64,000 nt of DNA from a virus (lineage: Duplodnaviria > Caudoviricetes). The notes under the pieces were generated by a model. It ran no database searches, was not told where the DNA came from, and was given only the letters and a program-made list of their open reading frames with translations. Made by a program: the position numbers and the translations under genes. The stretch is taken from IMG/VR virus record IMGVR_UViG_3300031857_000007; one strand, 5' to 3'. Shown here one piece after another: positions 64,000 to 64,000 of this stretch (position 1 is the stretch's first letter; each line of letters starts with the position of its first letter).

Positions 64000-64000
64000 T

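Noticed and set aside
1-64000. CRISPR array, diversity-generating retroelement, integrase or IS element
   Set aside because: No regularly spaced repeats, reverse transcriptase, recombinase or transposase ORF seen

Overview
A 64-kb segment of a large T4-like myovirus, most similar in gene content and order to cyanomyoviruses (Kyanoviridae / freshwater S-CRM01-like). The host is inferred only; no photosynthesis gene lies in the window. Essentially everything is on the minus strand. Reading in transcription direction (high to low coordinates): two tail-fibre genes, a sulfotransferase and a multi-domain virion-type ORF; head/tail core (gp17, gp18, gp19, gp20, gp21, gp22, gp23, gp3); uvsY, uvsW, late sigma gp55, gp47/gp46; a UDP-glucose dehydrogenase-like gene; a CobT-like vWA / CobS-like AAA pair; the replisome (gp45, gp44, Dam methylase, gp62, regA, hsp20, gp43, uvsX, gp41); 2OG-Fe(II) oxygenase, mazG, a lone tRNA-Ala, a cytidylyltransferase-family gene, late hypotheticals; primase gp61, nrdA, nrdB, a GIY-YIG nuclease and a phage-tail-type lysozyme; then a ~5.6-kb tRNA array (24 canonical tRNAs, 25 with the lone Ala, covering 19 amino acids) interleaved with dps, a Phd/YefM-like orphan antitoxin and small membrane ORFs. 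The most unusual material is non-coding and sits inside the tRNA array: a tRNA with a 20-nt double-anticodon loop and G3-U70, a 72-nt tRNA body with a scrambled anticodon arm, a circularly permuted tRNA-like module, and several compact hairpin- or pseudoknot-rich spacer RNAs abutting tRNA ends. All RNA structures were folded by eye and no database search was possible, so some may match existing Rfam families.
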